Assembly: GCA_963677485.1 (NCBI GenBank)
Contig: OY781964.1
Location: 3,296,001-3,360,000, forward strand
Direction of reading: 5' to 3'
Origin: Armatimonadota bacterium
GTDB taxonomy: Bacteria; Armatimonadota; HRBIN16
DNA: 64,000 nt
Shown here: in pieces, positions 18,615-28,700 of the stretch
Numbering within the stretch: the stretch's first letter is position 1
How the letters are laid out: the number at the start of each line of letters is the position of its first letter
The notes under the pieces: generated by a model
Told to the model about the DNA's origin: nothing
What the model saw: only the letters and a program-made list of their open reading frames with translations
Databases searched by the model: none
Made by a program: the position numbers and the translations under genes

Positions 18615-18919
18615 TGTACAGATACCGACGCCCGACGCCTGGCGAAATGTTGGTGCAAGCGGCGATCATAGGTTTGTTTTTACTATTCATGGCAGGGCCG
18701 TATGCGATAGCTCTACTGGACTTCGTGTTCAGCACGTATTTGGTTCCTGAGATGCCTCAGATTATGTGGGGCTTTTGGGGTGTTGTGATCGGAGCAACCA
18801 TAGGTCTGCAGATCGTGGCACCACGGATGGGGCTCGAGAGAGCGGCTCAGATATCGCGATGGTCAGTACCGGCAGTGATGCTGGTTCTTGCCCTAATCGG
18901 ACAGTTAATCAAAAGGTAG
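18614..18919 (+). CDS. small multi-TM protein homologous to the C-terminal TM block of kinases 1 and 2
   Basis: GPYAIALLDFV...PQIMWGFWGVVIGA aligns with kinase 2 GPVSISVLDYV...PQIMWTFWGLIYGA. TAGTG stop/start overlap with GGAGG upstream. Confidence 0.75.
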   Translation: MYRYRRPTPGEMLVQAAIIGLFLLFMAGPYAIALLDFVFSTYLVPEMPQIMWGFWGVVIGATIGLQIVAPRMGLERAAQISRWSVPAVMLVLALIGQLIKR

Positions 18920-18929
18920 GAGAAATCAA

Positions 18930-20249
18930 ATGAGTGGAGCAGTCGATATGGTACTGCTGGTAGGTGCCTTGCTTGAAGGGGTCAGCCTGGCAGTCAATAC
19001 TATGCAAGACGCGTACAAAACGGCCCAGCGGCAGATGGAAACCGCGCAAGAGACAGTGAAGTTTCAGCGCGATATGGAGCTGCAGCAGGCGTGTGAGGAT
19101 CAGATCAAAAGTGGGCAGGTTGTGGCCGCCTCAGCGCAGATGCTGACGGACGAACCTGGCACGCTGTTCCTTTTCCAGGCACTGGGTGAGCTGAAACAGC
19201 AGCTTGGGCAGAGCCAGGGGGCTCGCACTGAGTCTCTTCGTGCAGCGATCGATGAGCGAATTCGCCAGGTGGCCAATCATCCCGACCAGATGGTGGCGCA
19301 CACCAATGCGATATTTGAGTTCCACCAGCAGATCGCGGAGCTCAGCCAGCAGCAGCAATCCGAAACGGTCAGCGCATTGGCACACACCGCCATCCCGTTT
19401 GCTCAGCAGGTGCAATATCTGCGTTCGATGCTGGACACCGCGCTGATCAGGCAGTTTCGGCCTAAAGAGCTGGAAGAGATGAAGCTGCAGATCGCCCGTC
19501 TGGAGATCGTGGCGGAGCAAAGCCCCGAGATCGCAGCTCAGGGTTATGAGACGCTGACGGCTCAGTTGCGGCGGTTAATGTTGGATGCCGCTGAGCATGA
19601 GCAGCATCGGCGTGCCGGTATCGCCCGAATCCAGCAACTGCTGGCAGTGGCCCGACCGGCTTTAGCAGCGGTGATGACCGCCCAGGAACTGGTGCCTCAT
19701 CTCTCCACCCGCAGCACGGCGTTGAAGCAAGCGATCAAGAAATTCGTCACCAACTGGAACGGCGGCTCGCTTGAGGAGTTAGAGGCACTGTCGCAAAACA
19801 GCGAGCTGTTATACCATCAGGCTCAGCAGTATATCCAGAAGCAGGCGGCTGCCGAACTGGTGTATAACAATGTCACCGCCTCCTTCCAGGAGCTGGGCTA
19901 TGAGGTCATGACGCTCAACCGGTATCAAGGCCGATGGCGCGGGCGGGTGGCCTTGACGGACACCGCCGGCATCGAGTTTATCTCAGACCCCGAGGGCGGG
20001 GTGTTGTCAGACACGGTCACCACAGATATCAACAACGTGGCTTTCAATCCAGAGCTGGAGCAGAAGGTCTGTACGACCGTTGATGAGGTACTGGAAAAGG
20101 CCAGGGCGAAACTGGCAGGCACCGGAGTTGAGCTGCGCGAGCGCAGCCGTGTGCATGGACGCGTACCGAGGCTGGTGCGCAGCCTGCAGAGAGATACCGA
20201 GGAACAAACCACCACTGCCGAGGCCCCAAAGACGCTGGAACAGCAGTAG
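18930..20249 (+). CDS. long alpha-helical/coiled-coil hypothetical protein
   Basis: Q/E/A/L-rich helical body with a small alpha/beta C-terminal domain (FQELGYEV...IEFISDPEGGV...KVC); AGGAG RBS. Confidence 0.75.
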   Translation: MSGAVDMVLLVGALLEGVSLAVNTMQDAYKTAQRQMETAQETVKFQRDMELQQACEDQIKSGQVVAASAQMLTDEPGTLFLFQALGELKQQLGQSQGARTESLRAAIDERIRQVANHPDQMVAHTNAIFEFHQQIAELSQQQQSETVSALAHTAIPFAQQVQYLRSMLDTALIRQFRPKELEEMKLQIARLEIVAEQSPEIAAQGYETLTAQLRRLMLDAAEHEQHRRAGIARIQQLLAVARPALAAVMTAQELVPHLSTRSTALKQAIKKFVTNWNGGSLEELEALSQNSELLYHQAQQYIQKQAAAELVYNNVTASFQELGYEVMTLNRYQGRWRGRVALTDTAGIEFISDPEGGVLSDTVTTDINNVAFNPELEQKVCTTVDEVLEKARAKLAGTGVELRERSRVHGRVPRLVRSLQRDTEEQTTTAEAPKTLEQQ

Positions 20250-20384
20250 AAACTAATACCGCATCTACCTGGTCTCACGCGAAGACGCGAAGGTAACAGC
20301 CAGTTCAGGCGTCCGCTTTAGCTGGTTGATGGAACCCGTCGCCGATGCCTAGGTAGAACCTAACAGCCAAATAAGGAGCTTCGC

Positions 20385-22331
20385 ATGGAGTTAGCCTCGC
20401 AGCCCAGATGGATACAGGAGCTGCTGCGCGTCAGCAGCTACAAGACGCTTATCATCCTGCATGGTGCGATCCGTGACACGGTACTGTATCCCGTCCAGAG
20501 CCTGGAGGGCACTCAGCAGTATACATTTGGGCCGCTTCGCAGTGCGCTGTTTGAGCTGTTGGGCCGTAATCCGCTGTTTGGAGAGTATCCGCTGGTCGGC
20601 GCGTACAGCGGGTTAGATGGTTTGCTGTTTGCACCCGGCAGCGGTACCGGGCAGACACCGGAGCAGCTTTTCGCCGATGCGGTCAAACAGGCAGAGCAGG
20701 CTCAGAAGACGAACAACAGCCCGATCAAACCGCAGCAGACACAAGCCGCGTCCGATGCCGCCATCCAGCAGCTCCGCATGTGCACCCGCAACACCATCAC
20801 CCCCTGTGCATTTATCGTGGAGAACGCCACCCAGATGGTGGGAACGCCCAACCATCTGCCGATGGATGAGCGAAACCCCTTCCTCAGGATGCTGATCGGC
20901 AGCACCGAAAGCCGTCCGGTGGGTGTTGACCGCGACGGAAAGCGGCGGATCATGCAGAATTTGCTGATCATCTGCGCCAGCAGGCCGACGGACCTGCCTC
21001 CCTGGGTCTACCTCGATAACCCCTTCGCGGCCACCGTGGAAGTGGAACGCCCGAACTCGTTGGAACGCAGATACTTCTTTAGCAGCTACCTGAGCCCTGT
21101 GCCGACGGAGCAGCACCTCGACCAGTTGGTGGACCTGACGGACGAGATGAGCTTCCGCGACCTGTTCGGCATTCAAAAGATCGCAACCGGTATGAATGAG
21201 GAATCCGCCAACCCCAAGGCGTTGGTGGACCGCTTCAAATATGGCGAACGGCAGAGCGAATGGGACAGCCTGGAGCCTGCCAGACTGCTGGATGCGGAAA
21301 AGACGCTCAGCCAGCGTGTGCTGGGGCAGCCTGCGGCTGTCGCGGCGGTCGCCGATGTGCTGCGGCGTGCCCGGCTGGGCCTCTCAGGCGTGCAGCACAG
21401 CAGCCAGACCAAACCCAGAGGAGTCTTGTTCTTCGCGGGACCAACCGGCGTGGGTAAAACCGAGCTGGCGAAAGCGGTGGCCGAGTTGGTATTCAGCTCT
21501 GAAGAGGCTTGCATCCGGTTTGATATGAGCGAATACAGTGCCAGCCATAGTGATCAGCGCCTGCTGGGAGCTCCCCCCGGTTACGTCGGTTATGAAGAGG
21601 GTGGACAGCTCACGAACCAGATCAGGGCGAACCCCTTCAGTGTGATTCTGTTTGACGAAATTGAGAAGGCGCACCCGAATATCCTGGATAAGTTTTTGCA
21701 GATTCTGGAAGATGGGCGCATGACCGACGGCAGAGGCCAGACGGTCTATTTCAGCGAGAGCATCATCATCTTCACCAGTAATGCCGGCATCTATAAGGTC
21801 AACTCGCAGACAGGCCGGCCTGAGCAGGACCCTGTGACGGGTCTACCGTTACTAAATATCGACCCCGACACCAATCCAAAATACGAGCAGGTTCGTGACC
21901 AGGTGATTAAGGGTGTGAGTGACTATTTCAAGCACTACCTGGGACGCCCTGAGCTGCTGAACCGCATCGGCCAAAATGTAGTTGTGTTCGACTTCATCCG
22001 CCCAGATGCGATGCGAAGCATTTTGGAGAACAAGGTGCTGAAGGGTGTCAGCAAGCAGCTCAATCAGCGTTGGGGCATTAAGCTGGAGCTAAGCCCCGAG
22101 GCTCTGGAGCAGCTTTCGGTATGGGTGCTGGCCGATCCTGGCTCCGGTGGGCGCGGCATCGGTAACCTGGTAGAGGTGGCTCTGGTGAACCCCCTTAGCC
22201 GGTTGCTGTTCGCCAAACTGGCCGAAGACCCGCAAGGCTTTCAGAATCGCACACTACGTGTGATCAGCTTCACGGCACCGGAATCCAACGCAGAACACCG
22301 CTACGAGCTGTCTGTCGGGTGGACTGAATGA
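20385..22331 (+). CDS. AAA+ ATPase with a ClpA/B D2-type (AAA_2) domain and a degenerate N-terminal ATPase-like domain
   Basis: RVLGQ, GPTGVGKTELAK, RFDMSEY, LLGAPPGYVGY, ILFDEIEKAH, DGRMTD and RPELLNRI. The N-terminal half lacks an intact Walker A. Confidence 0.9.
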   Translation: MELASQPRWIQELLRVSSYKTLIILHGAIRDTVLYPVQSLEGTQQYTFGPLRSALFELLGRNPLFGEYPLVGAYSGLDGLLFAPGSGTGQTPEQLFADAVKQAEQAQKTNNSPIKPQQTQAASDAAIQQLRMCTRNTITPCAFIVENATQMVGTPNHLPMDERNPFLRMLIGSTESRPVGVDRDGKRRIMQNLLIICASRPTDLPPWVYLDNPFAATVEVERPNSLERRYFFSSYLSPVPTEQHLDQLVDLTDEMSFRDLFGIQKIATGMNEESANPKALVDRFKYGERQSEWDSLEPARLLDAEKTLSQRVLGQPAAVAAVADVLRRARLGLSGVQHSSQTKPRGVLFFAGPTGVGKTELAKAVAELVFSSEEACIRFDMSEYSASHSDQRLLGAPPGYVGYEEGGQLTNQIRANPFSVILFDEIEKAHPNILDKFLQILEDGRMTDGRGQTVYFSESIIIFTSNAGIYKVNSQTGRPEQDPVTGLPLLNIDPDTNPKYEQVRDQVIKGVSDYFKHYLGRPELLNRIGQNVVVFDFIRPDAMRSILENKVLKGVSKQLNQRWGIKLELSPEALEQLSVWVLADPGSGGRGIGNLVEVALVNPLSRLLFAKLAEDPQGFQNRTLRVISFTAPESNAEHRYELSVGWTE

Positions 22332-22969
22332 GGCGGACCCATATAGATATCGACGGCGCGGCAGCCCACGTTCAGGGGCTTGGGCCAGGTGAACGGCTGG
22401 TGATCTGGCTGCGCGGCTGCTCACGGCGGTGCGAGGGTTGTATCGCGCCGGAGCTGTGGGATTCGGGTGAACCGACCCCGATTGCGGAAGTGGCTGCCTA
22501 TTTGTTGTCGGAGCTTCAAGGATGCGGCAAGCTGACCGTGTCTGGTGGCGAGCCGATGGATCAGCCGGAAGCTTTGCTGGAGCTCATCAGGCAGTTGCGC
22601 ACAGCCATGCCGGAGCTGGAGGTGCTGGTGTATACCGGATATGTTTATGAGGAGCTGCAGACGAAGTCAACGGCCCACACACAGCTTTTGGGTCAGATCG
22701 ATATGTTAGTGGATGGTGCATTTGAGGTCGACACGCCCAACACGCTGCAGTGGCGCGGTTCCGACAACCAGCGGGTTCTGCTTCTCTCCGAGCGGGCGCA
22801 GATATACCGCGACCAAACCGAGCTGCCCTGGCCGGAGCAAAGGCCCATCCAAGTGCAGATGTGCAGTGCCACGGAGTATCGGGTGATCGGCATTCCGAAG
22901 CGCGGCGGGATCGAACAGTATAGAGAGTTGATGCGTCAACGAGGAATAGAAGTGGGGCCATCCATATGA
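22328..22969 (+). CDS. radical SAM 4Fe-4S protein, NrdG/activase-like
   Basis: GPGERLVIWLRGC, CxxxCxxC (CSRRCEGC), SGGEP, YTGY, DMLVDG and WRGSDNQR; ATGA overlap with the ATPase. Confidence 0.9.
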   Translation: MRRTHIDIDGAAAHVQGLGPGERLVIWLRGCSRRCEGCIAPELWDSGEPTPIAEVAAYLLSELQGCGKLTVSGGEPMDQPEALLELIRQLRTAMPELEVLVYTGYVYEELQTKSTAHTQLLGQIDMLVDGAFEVDTPNTLQWRGSDNQRVLLLSERAQIYRDQTELPWPEQRPIQVQMCSATEYRVIGIPKRGGIEQYRELMRQRGIEVGPSI

Positions 22970-23478
22970 CTGCAGTGAGAATATGTCCAGATTGTGGGCA
23001 ACAGAACGCGGCGCATCTGGTTTTTTGTACGAAGTGCCAGATGGATATCAGCACGGTGCCGCCGGAGGTTCCCGAGGTGACAGAGCAGACCATCACGACA
23101 CCTGCACCGCCGCAGAAGACATCTGATGCCACGTCAGTGGTCAAACCATGCGGTCAGAAGAGCGATGGAGCGGTGTGCAGCCTGGAGCTGGTTTCTGACT
23201 CCAATGTGGTGTTCAACGTGCAGGATGGCCAGGTGGTGGGCCGCGGTGATAAGGCGGATGTGCGTATTACCGGGGTACCGGATATCGATGCGATTTCACG
23301 GCTTCATGCGAAGTTCTTTTGTAAGAACGGTCAGTGGTACGTGCAGCATATGGGAAGCACGAATTTTATCAAAGTGGACGGCCAAACCTATACCGATCAC
23401 GACTCAGAAGTGGCCGTGTATGAGGGTAGTATTGTGGTGTTGAGCCTGACCCCTTTCACCTTCCGCGTGGTAGATTAA
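22966..23478 (+). CDS. zinc-ribbon + FHA domain protein
   Basis: CPDCG...FCTKC ribbon; FHA motifs VGR, ISRLHA and GSTN. Confidence 0.88.
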   Translation: MTAVRICPDCGQQNAAHLVFCTKCQMDISTVPPEVPEVTEQTITTPAPPQKTSDATSVVKPCGQKSDGAVCSLELVSDSNVVFNVQDGQVVGRGDKADVRITGVPDIDAISRLHAKFFCKNGQWYVQHMGSTNFIKVDGQTYTDHDSEVAVYEGSIVVLSLTPFTFRVVD

Positions 23479-23560
23479 CGTTGTTCTGCATCTCCAGTTA
23501 TCATTTGTAGCTTAGCGCGACATAATCCAGTATATTACTAGCATCAGTAGCCAACGCATA

Positions 23561-23569
23561 TGCTATAAT
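23561..23569 (+). promoter_or_regulatory. extended -10 promoter element
   Basis: TGCTATAAT about 55 nt upstream of the acyltransferase start. Confidence 0.5.
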
Positions 23570-23623
23570 ATGCCATATCGGTGCCTTACCACCACCATCC
23601 TCATCACGTATCGAGGTGACACC

Positions 23624-24643
23624 ATGGAGATTTCCGAGTTCAAACTGCCCGGGGCCTCTATCAACTGCGCGAAGGGATTTGCCATGCTGTTTGTGGTGAT
23701 GCAGCATGTGGGGAACCGCGCCGATTTCCCTGCATTTTACGAAGCTTTCATCAAGTTTACTGACTTCTTCAACATGCCTGCTTTTGCATTTATATCCGGT
23801 TATCTTGCCTATTACAGCTACCAGAAACATGCGGTCTCTTCTGGGTGGGATGGGGTCTGGCATCTGATCGGCCGCAGGGCAAAGCAGTTGCTGGTGCCGT
23901 ATATCTGTGCAGAGGCCATCTATATGGTGATCCAAGCTGTGCGGAATGCCATCACCCACCAGCCGCTGATGCATCCTGAGACATTGACGAACCTGCTGTT
24001 ATATCCCATCCAGACGCCGAACCCGCCCTTATGGTACTTATATGTATTGTTCCTGGTGAGTGGTATTTTTTTGATCATGCGGAAGATCGTGGGTGAAGGC
24101 GGGCTGTTGCTGGCATTATGCCTGGCGGCGTTCTTTCTACCGGGTGATAATCTGTTGTATACCCGCAAGATCGTGTTCCTGCTGCCGTTTGTAGCCTTGG
24201 GCTGGTACACCTGGAAGCTGAAGCGGGTGATGCCATTTGACAAGAGGCTGGCATGGCTTTGGATACCCGCTATATTGCTCACGATCACACTGCTTCACTA
24301 CCCGGTAGTTCAGGAGAGTGAGCTGTGGCTGAGACCGCTGCGGTACGTGATCGCGATTCTGGGTGTTCTGGCGATGTGTGGCACCGGGCAGGCGATTCAA
24401 GAGAGCAGCCGATTGCGCAAAACCGTGATCTGGATGGGTGAGGTGAGCCTGCCTGTCTATCTGCTGCATGATGGGTTTGTGGACCTGGTAGGTCGGTTTG
24501 CCCAGCGTCACGTGCATGGATGGCAGTTCCTGCCGGCTGCTTTGGTGATATGCGCACTGGCCATTGGGTTGATCGGTGCCGCTCACATCTGGCTACAACC
24601 CCGCAGCCGGTGGTATCGCACCCTTCTGCTGGGCTCGCGATAG
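23624..24643 (+). CDS. acyltransferase family 3 (OafA-like membrane O-acyltransferase)
   Basis: AKGFAMLFVVMQH, FNMPAFAFISGY, LWYLYVLF and SLPVYLLH; multi-TM. GAGGTG RBS before ATG 23624. Confidence 0.85.
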   Translation: MEISEFKLPGASINCAKGFAMLFVVMQHVGNRADFPAFYEAFIKFTDFFNMPAFAFISGYLAYYSYQKHAVSSGWDGVWHLIGRRAKQLLVPYICAEAIYMVIQAVRNAITHQPLMHPETLTNLLLYPIQTPNPPLWYLYVLFLVSGIFLIMRKIVGEGGLLLALCLAAFFLPGDNLLYTRKIVFLLPFVALGWYTWKLKRVMPFDKRLAWLWIPAILLTITLLHYPVVQESELWLRPLRYVIAILGVLAMCGTGQAIQESSRLRKTVIWMGEVSLPVYLLHDGFVDLVGRFAQRHVHGWQFLPAALVICALAIGLIGAAHIWLQPRSRWYRTLLLGSR

Positions 24644-24732
24644 GGTCAGCCAGCGTAGAAATCTTTAGATACGGGTAATCACCCGTTGTGTGCTTACCGA
24701 TTGTCTCTGCCATCGCCAGGAGGTAGGATATC

Positions 24733-25662
24733 ATGAATCTGACCGTGGTGACTGCAAGCGATCATAACTTCATCTGGGGCGTATATCTTGCCTGTGCCTC
24801 GGTTCGTCATAGCGGCATTGATGCCCGGATGATCGTGGCCGGTCCGGACTACACCACGGCTGACATCGCCTTGCTGGAGCAGTTTGACCGAGTCAAGGTG
24901 ATCCGCATGGACCCCAAACACCCTCGGAGCGTCGCTACCCGTAAACCTGAAGCGTTGCTGGCTGCCGATACCGAGTACGTGATGTGGATGGATGCAGACT
25001 GTATCACCATAGGCGATGTGAGCCGGTACCTGAATACCCCGGAGGACAGCATTCAGATTCGCTTTCGCGACAGAACTGAGAACGCGGCTGTCTATCGAAA
25101 CTACTATGCAAAGGACGAAACACGCGGCCCAGTGGCACAGAGCGTGCTTGATATCTGGCGACATGATGTTGGCGAGCTAACCAGCCCCCGCGTCAACACA
25201 CAAGTCTTGAGCAACTGCTTTATCTACCACAAAAAGCACGAATGGTTCATCCGCAGGTGGTCAGAGCAGATGGATAAAGTGCTCACCTCAGACCGCAGGA
25301 TGGTGGTCGACTACCGGAACAAGGGCTATTTCATGACTGACGAGTCGGTGTTGAGCTCTTTGTTTAGTTTCTGCAAGGACGCACCAAAAACAATGAAATA
25401 TCAGCTTGACATCAACCCTTATGCGTTCATGGGGCACTACAGACTTTCACCGAAACCTTGGGTCGCCTGGCTGCCCAATAGCTTGAAATACTTCGACCAT
25501 ATCATTCAACTGGTAGAATGGGTGCAGGGTGTTGGACTGAAGAGCCCGGCGGTACCCTGGCAGTTTGAACGCAAGAACCGCCCTAAGGCGATGGTGATGG
25601 CATATCTGCAGTCTGCCCGGTTGCATATACAGAACCGGTTGAGCACGAATACAGGCCGATAA
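24733..25662 (+). CDS. putative GT-A fold glycosyltransferase
   Basis: N-terminal VVTASD strand, KP motif, DxD (WMDADC) and a late DES motif. Confidence 0.6.
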   Translation: MNLTVVTASDHNFIWGVYLACASVRHSGIDARMIVAGPDYTTADIALLEQFDRVKVIRMDPKHPRSVATRKPEALLAADTEYVMWMDADCITIGDVSRYLNTPEDSIQIRFRDRTENAAVYRNYYAKDETRGPVAQSVLDIWRHDVGELTSPRVNTQVLSNCFIYHKKHEWFIRRWSEQMDKVLTSDRRMVVDYRNKGYFMTDESVLSSLFSFCKDAPKTMKYQLDINPYAFMGHYRLSPKPWVAWLPNSLKYFDHIIQLVEWVQGVGLKSPAVPWQFERKNRPKAMVMAYLQSARLHIQNRLSTNTGR

Positions 25663-25733
25663 TTCCGAAATAGAGATGGATTAGTTCCGTTCTTCCTATG
25701 GAGTCGATGAGTGATATTCCGTAAAATCCATGT

Positions 25734-28700
25734 GTGCTTAATCTATTCCGGAGAGGTACGATGCAAAATACCCGCTGTAGAAATCGCTTGATGTACACTC
25801 TATATGGAGCTTTGTGTTTCGTGTTCGTCATGGCTCTGACCTCAGTATCCACTTCGATGTATGCCCAAGATATGGAGAATTCCCGATTGACACAGTTACC
25901 CCCTGATATGAACCTGATCGCTTTCGATGACTGCGGTGTTTCCGGCAGGCAGCCCCATGTGACCCCCATGAACAGCTGGCGCATGACCGCCCCCGAGGGT
26001 GAGTGGCAGCAGGCGGCCTCTACCTGCACCTTTAACCCGCCGACCATCACTGTGAGTTATACGATATTACCCGCAGAAGCCCGGTATGTGATGGCGATGC
26101 TGTTTATGACTGAAAGCACAAATGAGCGTGCAGTGAGTGTCACCAGTGGGGCACATGAGCTGATCGGGCGGTATCAGATCAAAACCACACCCGAGTGGGT
26201 CTATATGGATATCCCAGCGGAGCTGGTGGTCAACGGCCAATTCAATGCCCAAGTGAACAGTTTGGCAGGGCCGAATGCGGTGCTCTCTGCGGTCGCGCTT
26301 TACAGCAACCAGGCTGCGGTGAAGGAATACCATCTTGAGGTATCGTCTACTACGGTAGGCGGGGTGCATTGTCAGTTGAGCGATGATCTTTGGAAGGGTG
26401 TGGTAGGAGCGACGGTGGAAGTATCAAGCGATGGTCAGCCTAAGCTGGGCTCTGCGGTGACCGATGCCAACGGACGATTCGCCTTCGACCGAGTGAGCCC
26501 GGATGCTTCAGACAAGTCCACATACCGCGTGACCGCACTTGTAGGTGATGAACGGCTGGAGCAGCAGATTAAGGCCTCCAGCATGTGGTATCACGCGCCT
26601 GTACTGCAGCCGATTGCTGACGAATCTCGACGCTACAAGCTGGATGGCAACTGGGATTTAGTGTTCGAAAACGGTGAGCACACACGGTTCCGCACTCCGG
26701 GGCAGTTCTTGCAGCAGGGCCTCAAGCCGGACGCCAAAGAGGGATACACCATCACGCGGCCGGTCTGCATACCACGCGACTGGCGACTGGGCCGAATCAT
26801 CTGGCGGCTGGAAGCGGTGCATGGATCCGTGGACTACTTTGTGAATGACACCAAAGTGGCGCACAGCGAGAACCTGTTCACTCCCGTAGAGATAGATATC
26901 ACCGACACCATCCGGCCGGGCCGCAACGATGTCCTCAAGATGCGCATCTACCCCAGCAGCGTCTCAGAGGCACTCAGCCACAGCAGCACCTACGCGCACC
27001 ATGATCTGGTAGGCGTGGACCGCAGTATGAGCCTCTACACGCTGCCGATGCAGCATCTGACCAAACTGCAGGTGACCGGCGGCACCGCGAACGGCTATAA
27101 AGACGGTCAGCTCAGCTTGCACGCGGAGTTGTCGGAGCCGGTCAGCAGTGAGATGATCCATGTGCGCTTGATGCGCAACGGCAAGATATTGATGGAAAAG
27201 AAGGCGCTGATCGAAAAAGGCCAGAGCCGGCTGGATTGGAGCTGTGACGTGCCCAAGGCCGCGCTTTGGAGTGCCGAAAAGCCCAACCTGTATGATCTGG
27301 AGCTGGAGCTGCGCACGAAGAAGCACATCATCCAGACTTTCAAGCAAAAGCTGGGCTTCCGCAGCATTGAGGTCAAGGGAACCCAGTTGCTGGTGAACGG
27401 CGTCTCGGTGAAACTCGCTGGCGCCTGCCATCATGAGACCGACCTGCTGACGGGCCGTGCCGACACCTTCAAATGGGCGGAGACCGACGCGAAGCTGTTC
27501 AAGGATGCCAATGTGAACTTCGTCCGAACCTCGCACTACCCGCCGACCAGGGATTTCCTCGATGCCTGCGATCGTGTGGGCTTGTATGTGGAAGTGGAGG
27601 CACCTTTCTGCTGGACACGCACTCAGGCTGGCAAAGAGGATGATGCGGCGTTCCGGAACACATTCCTAGACCCCACGGCGCTCATGATGGCCGAACACGG
27701 TAACCACGCTAGTGTGATCATCTGGAGCCTCGCGAATGAGTCTGGCAGTGTGTCGGGTGGTGCGGACCAACTGGGGCAAAACTATGTGGAAAGCCACCGG
27801 TATCTGCGGGCCAACGACCCAAGCCGACCGACCCTGTTCAACAATGAGTGGGCCCTTGACGGCGGGATACCGGAAATTGCGGTGGTTCATTACCCCGCTT
27901 CGCCGCTGGAGACGAACCCCGACATTGCCAAACCGACTAGACCGGTGATGGTGGACGAATACTGGCATCTGCCCTGCTACGAAAAGGGTGATTTGGCCCT
28001 GGATCCTGGTCTGCGTGACCAGTGGGCCAGCGGGCAGGACGGCCCAGACGGGCTGTGGAGTCAGATACGGGCCAGCTCCAAGATGATCGGCGGTGCGATC
28101 TGGGCGGGCATAGACGATATATTCCAGATGCCCGATGGCACCATCACCGGTTACGGGGAGTGGGGCATCATCGACAGCCTGCGCCGCAAAAAGCCAGAGT
28201 ATTGGGGGCTTCAAAGGGTATACAGCCCGGTGGTGTTCCCGGTGAAGCAGGTTGAGTTTACCGAAGGTTTACAGAGCCTGCAGATACCCGTAGAGAACCA
28301 CTACAGCTTCACCGACTTGAGCGAGTTGCGCTTTGCGGTGCTCTGCGGGAGCTGGCGCAAGGGGTTTACTGTGTCGATGGCACCTGGTGGTAAGGGCACG
28401 ATCTCGCTGCCCATGCCGGAGAGCTACAAGGATGGCGATCTGCTGACCGTACGCGTCAGCACGGCCGATGGCCGTCTGGTGACGCACCATGGCATCCGCA
28501 TAGGCACGGTACCGCTGCCGAGGCTGCTGGCGCCTTCATCCGGTGCGCCGGAGTGGAAGCTCGAAGCCCACGATGCGCTGATCGAGGGTGATGGCTGGCA
28601 GTTTCGCCTGAACACCCAGACCGGAGCTTTTAGCGGAGCTGGCCTCAACGCGTTGCCTGGCATCCACATGACCCAGCGTGATGAACAGGCCCCATGGAGC

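Noticed and set aside
20385-22331. Calling the ATPase clpB/clpA/clpV
   Set aside because: There is no Clp N-domain, no intact D1 Walker A/B and no M-domain. Only the D2 module is canonical, and no T6SS genes are nearby.
22328-22969. Calling the radical SAM gene nrdG
   Set aside because: It is NrdG-like in sequence, but there is no nrdD in the window and it is translationally coupled to the AAA+ and FHA genes.
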